A DNA stretch of 64,000 bases, from positions 12,204,341 through 12,268,340 of the forward strand of contig CM082585.2 of NCBI GenBank assembly GCA_040954595.2. The letters run 5' to 3'. Position 1 is the first letter of the stretch. Each line of letters begins with the position of its first letter. The stretch is from Balanoglossus misakiensis. Taxonomy: Eukaryota; Animalia; Hemichordata. The translations under genes were made by a program, and so were the position numbers. The notes beneath the pieces were generated by a model. It made no database searches. It saw only the letters and a program-made list of their open reading frames with translations, and was not told the DNA's origin. Below are positions 26,832 through 46,411 of the stretch, one piece after another.

Positions 26832-27542
26832 TTAGTTCAGCATACACGATTCGTACGTAGGTACCATATATTTGATGTTGATGAACGCATCTTCGCCTCC
26901 TTGTCTTTCGAATGCTTCTAGCGTTTCTTGGATAAGATCGCCAATGTTTTCCCTCTTTTGTTGACTGTAGTCGATGCCATCGCCAGAGTTGAGGTTGTTG
27001 TTCTTGAAGATATTTAGGATGGGAAGAATCTGCCTGTAGTATGGAACCAAAGCTTCGCCCACCATTTCTGCTGAGACGACCAGGTGCTGAAGAACTTTCA
27101 GTGTTGTGCACAGGACCTTTCTATTCCTCGTACTGAGCGCACTCTTGATGGGAATGATAAGTTGAGGAATGACTGGTAGGATCTTGGAACCGCCATGCTC
27201 CAGCATGTCGTGAACACCTTGGCGTGCGAAGAACTCGTATGGATGTGATGTTTCACAGAGCCCGTCGTAAAACAGCGGCAGATAATGGTGGTAATCCAAC
27301 TTCTCTATCTCTACCTTCCATGCGATCTTGTTACCCTTGGTGTCGTGCTCAAGAGCAATCGGAAAATCGCCACGTTCGTAGAACTTCCTAAACGCTGTTG
27401 GATGGGCTGGTCGTTCCTTGAACGCGCCAGCTTCCGGAGGCGTCTTAACTTTTGCGTTCTTCAATCGTGATTTCGTCGAAAAACCTTCAGCACTTATCGC
27501 CTTCGATTGACGACTTTTCGTCTGGCTTGTTGCAAGAGACAT
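26832..27542 (-). CDS. PACRG: Parkin co-regulated gene protein (axonemal inner-junction protein), intronless CDS
   Basis: 236-aa uninterrupted ORF with [54 protein letters not shown] and [19 protein letters not shown]. Confidence 0.97.
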   Translation of the reverse strand: MSLATSQTKSRQSKAISAEGFSTKSRLKNAKVKTPPEAGAFKERPAHPTAFRKFYERGDFPIALEHDTKGNKIAWKVEIEKLDYHHYLPLFYDGLCETSHPYEFFARQGVHDMLEHGGSKILPVIPQLIIPIKSALSTRNRKVLCTTLKVLQHLVVSAEMVGEALVPYYRQILPILNIFKNNNLNSGDGIDYSQQKRENIGDLIQETLEAFERQGGEDAFINIKYMVPTYESCMLN

Positions 27543-27679
27543 TTTCCTGAGAGATGTGACTGCGATCTTCGAAATTCAGCAGGAAAATCGGCGTTAGTAA
27601 CCACTGCAACGAGAGTTTGTGTTGTTCTGTGAAGCTAATGGAGAAGGTTCTGATTGTTGGTGTCATAACAGTGACGTCG

Positions 27680-28140
27680 TCGGTCCATGGCAACCGTCAC
27701 CCTCTGTCCACAATAACAAATTTGCAACACATTTTTACTCGTAAAAAATTATAATTCCGAGTGGAAATGTAATAAACAGGTAAAAATTACAAAAGTTATA
27801 TATTTAATTTAATTTCTGAAGACTTCTATTCAGAAATTTTAACCCTTATTTACTCTCTACTAAGCTGTAGTGGACGTGGATGCAATGGACAATACCACTT
27901 CAATACAGGGGTGTTCTATTTTAACTAGGCGAAAAGCGAGCGTTTTCAATGTATGACATCAGGACAAAAAAAAACTTTTTTTCACTGGTTGAAGTCTCTA
28001 TTTTTCATATTTGGGTCTCTTTTTGTGTCACCTCAACACATATCCGATAAAATATTCTCTAAAACTAGGCCGCGCGTGAGCTTCCGGATACAGGGGTCAG
28101 ACCCACCCTAGCCTAGTACTCAGTTCTTGCCTAGCAAAAA
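27680..28140. promoter_or_regulatory. Divergent PACRG / ZC2HC1 promoter with X-box-like motifs
   Basis: Start codons at 27542(-) and 28148(+), about 600 bp apart. CCATGGCAAC near 27685-27694 and TTGCCTAGCAA at 28127-28137 resemble RFX sites. Confidence 0.55.
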
Positions 28141-28147
28141 TACCAAC

Positions 28148-30798
28148 ATGGCGGCTGTCCCTTTGGGTTAGTATATCACTAGCGTGTATCATCATTCATG
28201 TATAAATTTTAAGTTGCTACCGCTCTCAGCATAAAATAACTAAGAAACCTTTAATTTTTCTTGTAGCCCGCGGGGACACAGGGCCTTTAAATGCCTGCCG
28301 CTACTGCGGGAGGACGTTCAATCCAATAAGTCATGTAAGTATGCACAGCTATATGCAGCGCTAAATAGTTTGTTTACGATAACAACACAGGGCGCCATGT
28401 ACAAATTTAATTATGTATGTCAACGATTTCTCATATGAAAACACATATAGGCCGTTCACATTGCTCAAAAAAGTGCCAGCTATTTATTTTACTTAACGAC
28501 ACTAATGTCTTAGTTGAAATAAACGATAAACGGACGTAACGAGAGACGCTTAAAGAAAAATATGAAAATTTCTTAAATATTATGAAAGGTACATATCCAC
28601 AAGTGCCTACACTAAACTGTGTTTAATTCTTTTAAAGGCAAAGCATGAAAGAATCTGTCAAAGGGTACAGTTTAGAAAACGTCCAGTGTTTGATTCTGGA
28701 AGGCAAAGAGCAGATGGATCAGATGTTCCTTTTGGTGCTACAATCCGACCTGGAAGAAGAGTTCAGGTAGAATTTTTTATTTTTGATACAACACTGTTTT
28801 GGGGATGTTGCTTTGCATCATTCTTTTTTTTTTTGCTCAGTGACATGAAAGCAATGGAAATGAATTTTCCTTTAAAAATTTGAGATGAGAATTAATCCAC
28901 GCTTGATAGGAGAAATTATACGTTCATTTGAAGGCTACAAGAAATACAAGCAATTGGAGGGCAACGCACAGAGAGTTCATCGATACCATCCGAAATGCCA
29001 GAGCAGCAGTGAGAGCAATGAGGAGGGGGAATCCACTTCCTCCCCCTCCTCCCCCAGCAGAAAATCCAGGTCAGTCTTTTGTCAATGAATCGTGTATACT
29101 CAAGTTCAAAGTTCATAATATTCTTGCTATGTACGCTAGTGTACTATCAGATGGTTTATCTTTCAGATTATGTGTACTGTTCAAGTTGTCATCGAAGTTT
29201 TAACAGAGATGCAGCTAAGAGTCACATACCTTTGTGTAAACAGAGGAAAAAAGAGAAAGGAGAACCTGTGGCTTATCTCGGGAGATCCGTTGGTCAGGGA
29301 TATGGGAGTAAGATAAGCACAGGAAAAGAAGTAAGTTTATTTTCTGCTTCTAATACAGTAATGAGGGTGGTAGTTGTGTAGTCATCATCATCATCATCAT
29401 CATCATCGTCTTTTGTTGTAAGAATCTATCTGGCTTTATTCATTGGTAATAATTTTTCTTCATGTAACACCTTATTTTGTGTACTCTTCCAGTATGCCAA
29501 GTCTATTCCCAAACCACAGCCACGAAAGAAGAGTGCAACATTTCGTAACAGGAGACAGCCAAGTCATCAGAGCAAGCCCAATGGTTATCACACAAACCAA
29601 GCCATAGCAGACCCGTTTCATGACATGCCCTACGACTATGATACACCTATACCAACCAGAAAGAATACAGGCTCTGTATCTAATAGCTCTGTCTTCCCTA
29701 TGCATGGTTTTATGGGTTCTTCCAGTCCCAGGATCTATCAAGGTGAGTGTATCACCCCTTTGAACACTAAGCTTTGGTTTGGCCCTGTTGCATTCAATAA
29801 TGTGGTTGGACATGTATACCAAAAAGAGGGGTGACATACAGAGATATTCCAATATGACTGTGCTGGGTTTGGCACTGTCTTCATATTACATGTTGGTTTC
29901 AGACAGCACCAGGCTGCCATCTTGTGATTATCGATATTTTGTCTACATCTCTACTGTACTAATGGTGGGATCATATAGTTGCCATTGATAGGAAATTTCT
30001 CTATTATTTTTGCAGATCAGCCATGTGTATTTTCATCCACTGGTTTAACTCCTGCCATTGTTCCTGGAAGCAGTTATGAACCTTCAATGAGACACTCACG
30101 CGGTTTCAGTAAACCCCGGCCAATCAGTGCTAAGTATAGACACATGAATAATAGGAAAGTGACCAATGAGAGCAGAGAAATAACAAACCTCCCAGATGGT
30201 TTCAAGTGAGGGAATTTCACTTTCATTTGGGCTTTAATTTGGCAAGACACAATATTGTAGCAACATTCCTGCAAGTTGCAGAATCAGTGTGATGACACGT
30301 ATGTTGAACTTCACCAAGTCTGATTTCAAGCTGCCATGCACCTGGCGTACACCTGTGCATTTCACCAAGAAATTGACCAATCAAAGATCACTTTCCATCA
30401 ATTTTGTTATTCTACTGCAAAGTCTTGATGGTATTTTATGAATGGGACTTCACATTGCCTGCAGGAACTCAGACATTCTCAAATTGATCATATTTAGGTT
30501 GATTAATTGATTGAAATTTAATTTTGTCTCAAATTGCAGTGTCACATTACCGCCCATGTCACAACAGCACAATGTGTCGCCTAGAAGATATGTCAATACC
30601 GGTACAAACAAGGCAACTCCATGGCAGAGCAAAACCAGGTATGGGATCGGTGCCCTTAGCAAGGGTTCAGAGGGACTCAAGTTTGACAGTTACTGTCATC
30701 AATGTGGAGATACATACCCTGACATGACAACACGATTCTGTTGTAACTGTGGTGTCAAGCGCAGTCTAGGAATGGGGAGAACCACAGGAATACACTGA
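28148..30798 (+). CDS. ZC2HC1A: Zinc finger C2HC domain-containing protein 1 family (ZC2HC1A-like)
   Basis: Exons 28148-28166, 28267-28334, 28638-28766, 28934-29069, 29167-29330, 29493-29742, 30016-30205, 30540-30798. Two C2HC fingers (CRYCGRTF..HERIC; CSSCHRSFN..HIPLC), the WRATHREFIDTIR / PPPPPP linker, and a C-terminal CHQCG..FCCNCG ribbon. The A-versus-B paralog assignment is uncertain. Confidence 0.85.
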
Positions 30799-31972
30799 AA
30801 ATGGAAGTTTTGACAGCGAAATTTCAACAGATTTAATCTTATTTCATTTTTAAAAAAGGTTCAGTTCTGTGATGTCACCAACATGTCAAATGTGATACTA
30901 TATTTTCTGCAGTCCAAGTTCGAATAATCCATCAGTTTCATGTCTAGAGTGATTCACATAACATTCCATGCAACCATGTCATTCAACCATTAGGGTTACT
31001 GAATACTGACCCTCCAAATTCTGTGATTGCATATCCTTTATTGTCAGGATAAATGTGTATTTATTTTTGCGACATCACAGAACTGCACCAATGTATGCTA
31101 TCTGTTTGTACAATCTACTTTTCTCAGTCAATTTAAGAATATGCAGCATTGGTTGCTTATAATGTGTACCCTCTTGGTTACATAGACTTGTATAGCGTTA
31201 AAGCAGAAAGGTTATTTCCAGGTCATTTACAAATATTTGTTATTGTAAGTTTAAGTTAAAAGCCTTATTTGTCAAAGTTTTGAACATACATTTGTGTATC
31301 TGTCATGTTAATTTACTGAATTATTTTGTTTTTATAATGGCAGTAACTGTCAGATTTTATAGAATATTTGTAAACAATTTGTCCATAGACTAATCACACA
31401 CAAACACACACACACACCGGTAATGCACAAAAGCACTTTATATTCATTTTCTCATACAAAGACATACCAAAGACATATATAATGTCAATATGTAAATAGT
31501 GTTAGTACTTATAATGTAAAGTACAGGATTAAATCACTTGTCAAATTTATTTTATTCATTTCATAATCATATTCCTGTAAAATTACAATCATAGATGTTA
31601 TTATATATTTTTTTTGAGGGCTGAAGACAGGAGAACTAAAATTGATGAATACCAATGAAATGGGTGATGATTTCAATCATAAAGAAACTTAAAGTATATA
31701 GCTACTGTAATGTATATATGGTAATTCTCAGTGATTATACTTGTATATTATATTTTAAAATTGTGAATACATTTATAGACATGGATGTCACTTTAAGTTT
31801 CATGTATACACTTTTGTAAGTATATTCAGTGTAAATGTAGGATTCATGTTTATTTTTCTAAATGAAAATGTATTTTTTATATAAATATTAATCTGATGAC
31901 ATTTAGTTTATTAATGAGTTCAAACTTTAATCTGTATCAATTAGACATACAAGTCAGACTCAAGGTCACAAG

Positions 31973-32620
31973 TTAACTTTCCATGTGTTTGGGTACCGAG
32001 AGGTGACTCTCTCTCAAAGTATACCGAGACCACATGACAATCTGAAATAAACCCAGGACACATGGCACACAACAGACCAATAGAAAAATTGCATTCAGCA
32101 GCTCTGCTGAGGCACTGGTCACATGACCATCTGTGACGGCATCTTGGTAATTGAACGTGTTGAGAACATTTACAACAATCATTGGGGCAATGGACTGCGC
32201 TGGTTTTGTAAATAAAGCATTGGTTCCAAATATCATTGAAGACAGCGGAGATCTGCAAGTGAAAGACAGTTAAATTAAGAAAGTGAAACAATATTAAAAG
32301 GAAGACAAGTTGTACTTTATCATCCAATTTACATTGTGTATTGTACTGGTAATATTCTACAGAATTCTCTGGAATGCTTGTTTGGTTTTGACATTTGAAT
32401 TCTTCAAACTGATCTGTCAACACGAAACAAGGCAGGCAAACTTGTCTGGAGAAAAGGCCACTTACTTTCTGTTGTGTTTAATGACATCTTCGTCAATGAT
32501 ATCAGAAACACTGATGTTAAAGTAGCTAAATGTTGCAACTGCAATGCTTCTGTAAAAACAAAAAATACAAAGGATTAGTTGTCACAAACAACAATCATCA
32601 TCATCATCATCATCACCACC

Positions 32621-32654
<34 letters not shown>

Positions 32655-32659
32655 CCACC

Positions 32660-32720
<61 letters not shown>

Positions 32721-33922
32721 CCATCATCATCACCGTCTTAAGACTACATGACCCAACCAGCAGGCCAGGTCATGGATATACTTACACATCAAAAAGGAAG
32801 AACAAAGAGAGAACCCAGGTGTGTGATCGTCCAATCATAAACATACACAGTGCTGCACAAACTTTGAAGTAAAACGACATCAGGATTAATTTATATGATC
32901 CAAATCTTTCCACCAAACCACTACCCAGGAGAACCAATACCTTGGATTTCAAAAGAAAAAGAAAAATAGACATTAAAATTATTAAATTCTGTAAAGTGCA
33001 CAGCATTATGAAAAAAAAAAATGTTTCATCTTACCTGAGGTACAATGAAAGATGAACCATACAGAAACTTTCTCAAATATGAGGGCAAGTCTTCCTGTGG
33101 TATCAAGGCATCTCCGAATATGGCCAGAAAGTTACTGCAGAAAGCAAGGTGAAACACTTGACAGAAGTTCATGACAACGAAGAAAATAAAGTTTTTCTGG
33201 GTGACAATCTGCCATGTTAGGGTCCATAGGCTGGTATTGACAATTCGTTCATCGTCATGTTTTTTCTTTCCGTTAGTCGATTTCAAATCCACCTTGTAAT
33301 GTGTTTTCACATTTCGACCAGTATAACACATGCACAAACAACTAAGAAATGCTATTCCGATGCAATAACACTGAAATGCAAAACGATTTTCCAGACTATT
33401 AGACACCATCTCTGCCCACAGCACGGCACTCGAGCCAATGACTGAAGCTACTTGACTGTATCTGACCAATCGTAATCGTTCGTCGTGTTGTTGTGACATT
33501 TCTGTGAAGCTTGCACACTGTGCCAGCAAGACAAATGTAAACAAGGTGTCATAGCAACAAAGACTGACAAGCAGATGCACACCAATCATCCAATGATCTG
33601 GTACGTAGTGTTCCCATGGAAACCATGGCAGCAGGAAACTAAAAGCATAGAATGGTGCTCCATAAAGGATGGACAAGCGTCTCTCATGAAAAATTGCCAG
33701 TTTGGAATTATCTTGAATGTATCCAAATAAGGGATCATTGATAGCATTCCACACAAGATACAATATCTGTGTTGTTTGAAACCACTGCTGGCTGATCTTG
33801 TAATGATTCAAGAATAACTTGACGTAGTAGAACTGGAAAACAGAATTCATCATGGTGGATGCTAGAGTTGTTGCACAAAATGCCAGGGCATTCCAGTGGA
33901 TTTGAGGTCCAAAGCCAACCAT
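31973..33922 (-). CDS. MFSD13A: MFS-type membrane protein TMEM180 / MFSD13A
   Basis: Exons 33922-33035, 32940-32786, 32549-32466, 32252-31973. Motifs FYYVKLFL, WNAINDPLFG, YGAPFYAFSFLLPWFPW, FGTNALFTKPAQSIAPM. Probable non-coding first exon with a donor near 34355. Confidence 0.9.
32594..32733. repeat. (CAT)n trinucleotide microsatellite in an MFSD13A intron
   Basis: About 140 bp of CAT repeats with CAC/CTT interruptions; it produces the spurious poly-His and poly-Ile ORFs. Confidence 0.97.
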
Positions 33923-35043
33923 GGTGATCGATGTCTTCTTGGTGTTACCTGCAGTGCAGAAATCAAATGTGCCGTATCTTATAACTGCAACTGCACATCT
34001 ATGTATAGAGCACTCGTCAATAAATTTGACATTAAATATTGGCAACTTTTTTTTCTGAGAAATTGGGGCCGGGGGGTAAAAATTTGATTACATGTAACCA
34101 TGGAGATTAAAAAAACCTCGGCAAGTGTCTTAGGCTAATGATCGGAGAAAAGTGCAAACAACCGCACACACATGCACACTCTTCAATCTGAATCACAAAA
34201 TGCGGTACTTTTTGGGGGGGGGGGAGTGAGGAGACATCGTCGTAAACAACGACCTCTTTACGGCATCAGTTTCTGAGTTTCCAGGTGGGCGGTGGACCCG
34301 GGAAGGGTGGAGGGTGTTATGGCAGTCTCTGCGGCAAGTATTCATTTTCACGTACCTTTCTCGATGTAAAACACAGAAGGACCACAGGCACTTTATAAGT
34401 AGAGTCACGGTTTATACTAGAAGCTCTCTTTGAGTGCGTGATCTATGTGAAATCTTTAAACGTGACACGATGACAAAGTTGTGCAGTCAGCTGTCATGGT
34501 CAGCTGTGGAGCGCCACTTACGGTCATATCACGTTTTCGTTTTCTTTTCTTTTTCGCGTACTTAAAAGCTTCATCGAAATCGACATTGCTTTCTCTCACT
34601 AATTATACAAGCATTCACAAAAGAAGTGGGGGAAATGAAACACGTAAATGGGTATAAAGGGTCAAAGCAATCATTTCCCTGTGTTAAGTAAAACTATTAT
34701 CCCTTGTCACAATAGTTACATGTAGTCAGATTTATCGACAAAGTTTCAAGTTCTTTGGTTTTACATTAACAAAGGATTTACTTCATTTTAATTTTGTACG
34801 GCTTTGGCAATTGTTCAATCATATCTACTAATAGTAGACATAACGCTTGTTCAGAGGAATTTCCCTCTACCAGAGTTTTAAGCAAAATTTCAAGCTTCAT
34901 GCACGTACATGTATCAGAACATTGTTTATTGTTATATTGTTTATGTGCATGACGTCATCCATAATGTGCAGTACACTTAGTGTATAAAGTGTGTTCTCTC
35001 CGCCATCACTGAGTAGATTGAATATCACGCTTACAAGGACTTT

Positions 35044-35369
35044 TTTGGCATTTCCATTTTCAGGATATGTGGACGACATCATCGAACCACAAACCACCAG
35101 GATGAGACTGTGCAGTGACCTGGATCTGTTGGCCACCAAGAAAATGCAAATTCCTTGGAAGAAGCATGGAAATATCCTATTGTAAAAAATTCATCTGCAC
35201 AATCTAAAAAACTGCTTAGTGGCATTTGGGAACTTCCCCCTCCTTTTCTGAAGACAATATTTCCCAGAGAATACTGTAAATGTTCCTGCTTGAAAAGCTG
35301 CTCACCCCTATTTCACTGCACATGGGTTAAACCGCTTTATCAAAATGATGGGGCTACACCAATATGACA
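35044..35369 (+). pseudogene. Duplicated PCCB terminal exon with acceptor and proximal 3' UTR
   Basis: Near-identical to 40937-41268. Encodes [40 protein letters not shown] versus [40 protein letters not shown] in the gene. Confidence 0.92.
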
Positions 35370-35748
35370 TGAGGAAAGGGGTAAAGTGTTGCATGTTTGT
35401 AGAAAACTACTGTTTTACGGGTTATTTTCGCGACAGGAAATTTTGAGTTCTGCTGAAATAAACTTGAAAAACTTTTGTGTGTAAAATCAAGAATGGTGAT
35501 AAAGTTTATCTTTCGGGACAAAATGGGAAAATTAAAGATTGTGATAGTATGTAAACAGCAATTTCTTGCGTGTCTGTAATCAAAACAAAGAAAAATGAAT
35601 TTTTGCGTGATAAATATTAAACTCACCAAACTTGGCGTTGGTCCAATTTCTCCACTGAAATTACATATAAAAGTTTGACCTTCATGACCTTGTTCCCCCC
35701 CCCCCCGGCTCAGCAGTCACGTGATCACATTTACCCTTGCGATTCAAC

Positions 35749-41078
<5,330 letters not shown>

Positions 41079-42782
41079 AAAATTCATCTGCACAATGTAA
41101 AAAAGGCAACTGCTTAGTGGCATTTGGGAATTTCCCATTCCTTTTCTGAAGACAATATTTCCCAGAGAATACTGTAATATGTTTCTGCTTGAAAAGCTGC
41201 TCATCCCTATTTCTCTGCACATGGGTTAAACCGCTTTATTAAAATGATGGGGCTAAACCAATGTGACAGGGGGGGGGGGGGGGGGGGAAAGCAATGCATC
41301 ATAGTCCAAAACAGAGACTGTCAAACTGAAGCAATTTATTCAGATGTATATGTCAGTTGTAGCTGTATCCATATTACTTGAGCTGTATAGTGAAGACATT
41401 ATGGGCATGTTCATATATGTTGTGATTGTGGACTTGATCAAATCAAATTGGTAGAATGTTATCAGTTTTTTTAATAGCCAGCTGTCTTGTCATGTGAATT
41501 TTGTAGTCATGGATACGTCCACAGAATGCATGCAGATGTGTTAGTAGACAAGAGAGCAAAATCTTTTGTATTTTTGACTGAAGTTTGCAAGAGATATTAT
41601 ACTGCTTGACAGATAAAGAGATCTCTGATCTAATGATTTAAAAATCAAAATTTTGCAAAACAGAACGACTCAAGTTTAACAGCATGGCAGATTCATTGCT
41701 ATTCCTGGTGAAGATTTGGATAGAGACAGACTTTTAGACAATTAAAAAACATGTATTTATTTAAACTGCTGCTTCAATATTTTGTTCACAATAAAAGGTC
41801 AAAAGTCGTTTAATTAATCTTTATATGGCTTAGAATACATTGAGTAGATACAGACTCTCCATCATTACGTGAGACTGTGACGTAGATATATTGATAACAA
41901 ACTTATTTTTGATGGATGTAAAGTGTGTAAACCATGATAGTAAATCTCATATACAGAAACAATAAATTTATAGTACATGTATGTATGACTGCTTCTGTTT
42001 GTTTCCTATAATTTCCTTTCAATTTAAATTCTGGGTCTCATTTTTTAGTAGTCTATATTTTTATTGGACATTTGATTGTAAGCTGATAGTGTATATAGAT
42101 TGTACCCTTTGCACTCTGTGAAGTAAATATTTTATTGACCACAAAGTGTTTGTGTGTTTGTGTCAGATTTTAACATTCCCTTCTATATAAAGAGGAACTG
42201 TGGTCCCAGTATTCCGAAATTTCAAGTTCCCAAAAGTAAACTAATTACTGGATTATTTGACCTTGGTGTGAATATTTGGCTTTATGTCCATTGCAAAGCA
42301 TAGGAGTTCTTCTAGTTGTAATGTCCCTTGATATTGACAACACAGTCGCTGGAAAACACACATATCATCAATGATGACCTACGACCCCTGACCTCAATTC
42401 CCACACACCACGTGGTTACTGTTCTGCTTGGCGACCCAGTGGAAGGGCACAACGGGCTTTTAATTGATGGTCAGACATAGTTTTCGGGGGATTCTTTGTC
42501 TTACGTTATCAGCAGTCCATCGAAGGTGAGTTGTACTGCAATGCGATACTTTCGTAAAGTACCGCTGTACCGACGCGGGGCATCTTTACAGCCGTCCGTA
42601 CCTAAACCCGGGTCATGCTAGCACCTTGCAATGGAATATTCCCCTTATCGACTCAATCATATGCAAATCTCGTCATTATTCCATTTAAAATAATCCTGTC
42701 TGCGGTCTTCTGTCGGTCTTTCAGCCACATCACCAGACAAGCATCACCATCCCTGATCCACTTTTGCGCGCTGAGTACAAAA

Positions 42783-45388
42783 ATGGCCGATGCACCGCTC
42801 GTTGTCCGACTCGTCGCCGCCTCCGTGGCTATCGCCGACAAGGCTGGGTTGATTGTCCGTGAAATCATGAAGAAAGGCGACCTAGGAGTCGTGGAGAAAA
42901 CGGTAAGTCCGTAAAACCCGTACACAGCCCATGAACTCGTGCAGATGGACCGTGTCCATCATGTCGGGGCGGTTCGGCGCACCTCACGGGTGTTGCTTTT
43001 CTAGTGGTTTTATGCGAGTAAAACTTGGTAGAGAACTTGGTAGTGAGGTCAGTCCGTCCTTGGCATTTAGAGGTTCTTCGTATGATTAGATTTTGACTAA
43101 TTTCTTGAGGCATGGGCGTGTCTTTGACTTACTAGTAGTTGTGACCTTTGACACTTGTCAAAACAGCCACCGTACACTTTCGCACATGGTAACGTACGTG
43201 TACATGTGTCGATTGGTTCATGCAAACATTGTAACAATTTATCGACATTTACATCTTTTGGAGAATTGCAAATTTAGTTTTGCGTCTGTTCTGTGACCAC
43301 AAACAGGTGAGAAGCCCGTACTTGACCACAATTTATAAAAAACATGCCATACTTTTGGAGTTTAATCAAATCATTTGAACCAATAAACCCACATATGATG
43401 ATATGTTAACCTTTGGCTTCTTGCTACGGGTTAAGTACCATGTATTGTACGGTCATACTGGTATATTTCTATCACTATGAAAGACTTTAATGCTCAGAGC
43501 AAAATAAGTGTGAATATGTTCCCCTTGAGTTTCTTTACCCTGCATATACTATACAGGGAAGGTGACTGGAAGTTTCAGATAGATGAACTTTGACATATAT
43601 TATGCAAATAAGCACCAGGAATGACCTTTTTTTGTTCTGTTCCACAGGGCATTCAAGATTTGCAGACTCAGGCTGACAGAACTGTTCAGATGAGCATTTC
43701 CACATCCATATCACGTCTTTTTCCTGGAGTCTGTGTTGTTGGTGAAGAGGTAAGACGAGACAGTTAAATTTAACCCTTTCACCGCAATGGTTCAGTCCAA
43801 ACCCATTGTTTCCTATGGTAAAGTTGGACCTCTATAGAGGAAACTAGGGGTGAAAGGATTAAACTCGTCATAAAACGCGGGTCAGAGACAGAAATGACAG
43901 TTGATGAGATCACTGATGACATACACGTAGTAGTACATGATAAAAACTGTTTGATCAATAATAATCTGATTTAATTTCGCAGGACGATGATCAGCCTGAA
44001 GTAGACGAGAAGTATGTTTACAGTGACATGTCTCAGGACGTGTTGAAGTATGCTGATAAATGCCCTGATAAGTACAAGACTGTAAAACCAGAACAGGTGA
44101 GCTGGAAATATTGTGAAAATGTCATTTCAGTGCATCCTTTGGAAACAGTTGTGTTCAGTCGTATAACTGTAAATTATTCACATTGAAATCTTCTGGGAAC
44201 ATCGACCAGTCAGAACTGTTCCAGCTTATTCAAATTTATCAAGGAGCATTTATCAAGTAATTTTGTTCGCACAGTTGATGCAAGCCAAGGTGAGCCTGTA
44301 GACATGATTCATTTTATAATTTCATAATCTCATTTTTCTGATTTCTAGGTCGTTGTCTGGATTGATCCACTGGATGGTACCAAGGAATACACTGAAGGTG
44401 AGGACAAGATTAAACTGCCTTGACTGCTGCTTTATGTCTCATCAACGGACCAGATCAGAGAGAAATCAAAGGTCTGAGAAAACAATTTTGAATTCGTATA
44501 TGTTGTCTTGTAACCCCAATTATTTGTGCTTGTATCTGATAGGCTTGCTTGATCATGTGACTGTTCTGATTGGTGTTGCCGTTGACGGCCAGAGCGTGGC
44601 TGGGGTCATCCACCAACCATACTTCAACTACAAAGCCGGCAAGGATGCCAAACTTGGCCGTACAATCTGGGGTATCATTGGAGTCGGTTCCTTTGGCTTG
44701 TCTGAGAAGAAAGAACTGCCCAAAGACAAAACCATCATCACCACAACTCGCTCCCATCCAACAAAAACCGTTCAGGAAGCCATTGATGCATTCAAACCTG
44801 ATGAAGTCATTCGTGTTGGTGGGTGTGGTCACAAGGTATGTAAAGGGAACCTGTCTAGACCAATCGTCGAGAGAATTTGACAATTTCATCTTGAGTCACA
44901 CAAACACTTTTCATTTTCATTATTTCAGGTTTTGATTGTCCTTGAAGGCGAGGCTCACGTGTATCTATTCGCCAGCCCTGGATGTAAGAAGTGGGACACA
45001 TGTGGTCCACAGGCCATTTTGGAAGCCATTGGAGGTAAGAATTCAAAACCATTGGATACAGCTGTTGTCATGGATACATGGGAACTACAAGTTACACGTC
45101 TATGTCAGATTTATCAACTTCATCTGTTGCCCAGCAACAAGGAAACAATGGTACACCACAAGAAATGATATGTGCTACAAGTTCAAAATGCTTTGGAGTA
45201 TGTTCCTGACTTTGTTTACAATGTTTCTGTTTATTGCAGGGCGACTCACAGATATCCATGGCAACGTCTTGCAGTACCACAAGGATGTGAAGAAACCCAA
45301 CAGTGGTGGCGTGCTAGCAACAATCTCAAACCATGATTACTACCTCAAAAATATTCCCCAGGGAATCAAAGACCAACTGAAGGCTTGA
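42783..45388 (+). CDS. BPNT1: 3'(2'),5'-bisphosphate nucleotidase 1
   Basis: Exons approx. 42783-42902, 43648-43749, 43983-44096, 44349-44397, 44543-44835, 44929-45033, 45240-45388. Motifs [39 protein letters not shown]. Confidence 0.96.
43770..43862. mobile_element. piggyBac-like miniature element (TTAA-flanked, CCCTTTCACC termini)
   Basis: TTAA-CCCTTTCACC...GGTGAAAGGA-TTAA. Partial copies at 1879-1916 and 53171-53221, and a diverged relative at about 55-108. Confidence 0.7.
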
Positions 45389-46268
45389 CCAGCCAAGCTG
45401 TAACATCCCATAATATCCAGCCTACTCGTATCCCATAATTCAATGCAAGTCAGGCTGGATAAGTTTTGTGATAATCACTTTGTGATTCTCTGTGCTTAAC
45501 ATTTTGCTTTTCCTCTTCAAGTTTTTTTTTTACCGATTTCCTGAAAGACTGCAACAACTTTGTTTTGTATGCAGAAATGAAAATCACTCATGTTATTCTA
45601 CATACAGAGAGATATCTTGAATTGTCAGTTGACATCACCCCCATATTGATGTAATTATTTTTCTATCGAGATATTTTTCTTGTTATGGCTATGAACTTAG
45701 AGCAGTGATCGATCAACTAATAATTCAGGATTTTTAAGTGTGTAGAACAACATGATGTCATTTCAAGGAAAGTAACAATATTCAAAAGATGACAAATCTC
45801 ACCTAACAAGTCTTCCAAAGCAAGTGTCTCATGTAAGGTTTAGCAAGTTTATTTTCTCAAAGCGAGAAACTTTTACAAATTCTTTCCAAGCAGAACCCAG
45901 AATGTCTCATTTGCAAATTGTACCATGTTAAGTAAGATACAAATGAAATTGCTGCATATTTAGCCACAAAGCATCTGGTATGTGTATTTTTTAGTTTCCA
46001 TAATGTGTATGCAGTCAAACCACTTATATGAATTCTTTGAAATATAGTAGGCATTAATACCTTCGAATTACCTTAGAAATATTCAAATTGTGAAAAAATC
46101 TGCAAGCATAAACGGACATTTTAGTGGTATGTTTTTGACATCCAAATCATTGAGCAACTTCTAACCTGTGTGGTGCGCCCTCTACGGTGTATTCATGTGT
46201 ATGTTTTGTTTTCATTTTGGCCGAACGTCTGTGGTTTGAGCGAGAGAGTTGCATGTCTGTGATATTTA

Positions 46269-46411
46269 AGCAATAAAACACCCCCAGCCATGGTATACCA
46301 CTCGATTTTGACCAGTTCACGACATATACGCACGAGCGATAGCGAGTGCGTATATGGAGTTGAACTGGTCAAAATCGAGTGGTATACCATGGCTGGGGGT
46401 GTTTTATTGCT
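46269..46411. repeat. Long palindrome (51-bp perfect arms plus inner stem), probably part of a non-autonomous DNA element
   Basis: agcaataaaacacccccagccatggtataccactcgattttgaccagttca ... tgaactggtcaaaatcgagtggtataccatggctgggggtgttttattgct, with inner catatacgcac/gtgcgtatatg. Confidence 0.9.

Noticed and set aside
32530-32872. Poly-His and poly-Ile ORFs
   Set aside because: Translations of the intronic (CAT)n microsatellite on the strand opposite MFSD13A.
34991-35185. ORF ending WKKHGNILL as a second PCCB gene
   Set aside because: Only the last exon is duplicated, no upstream PCCB exons precede it, and substitutions are mostly non-synonymous.
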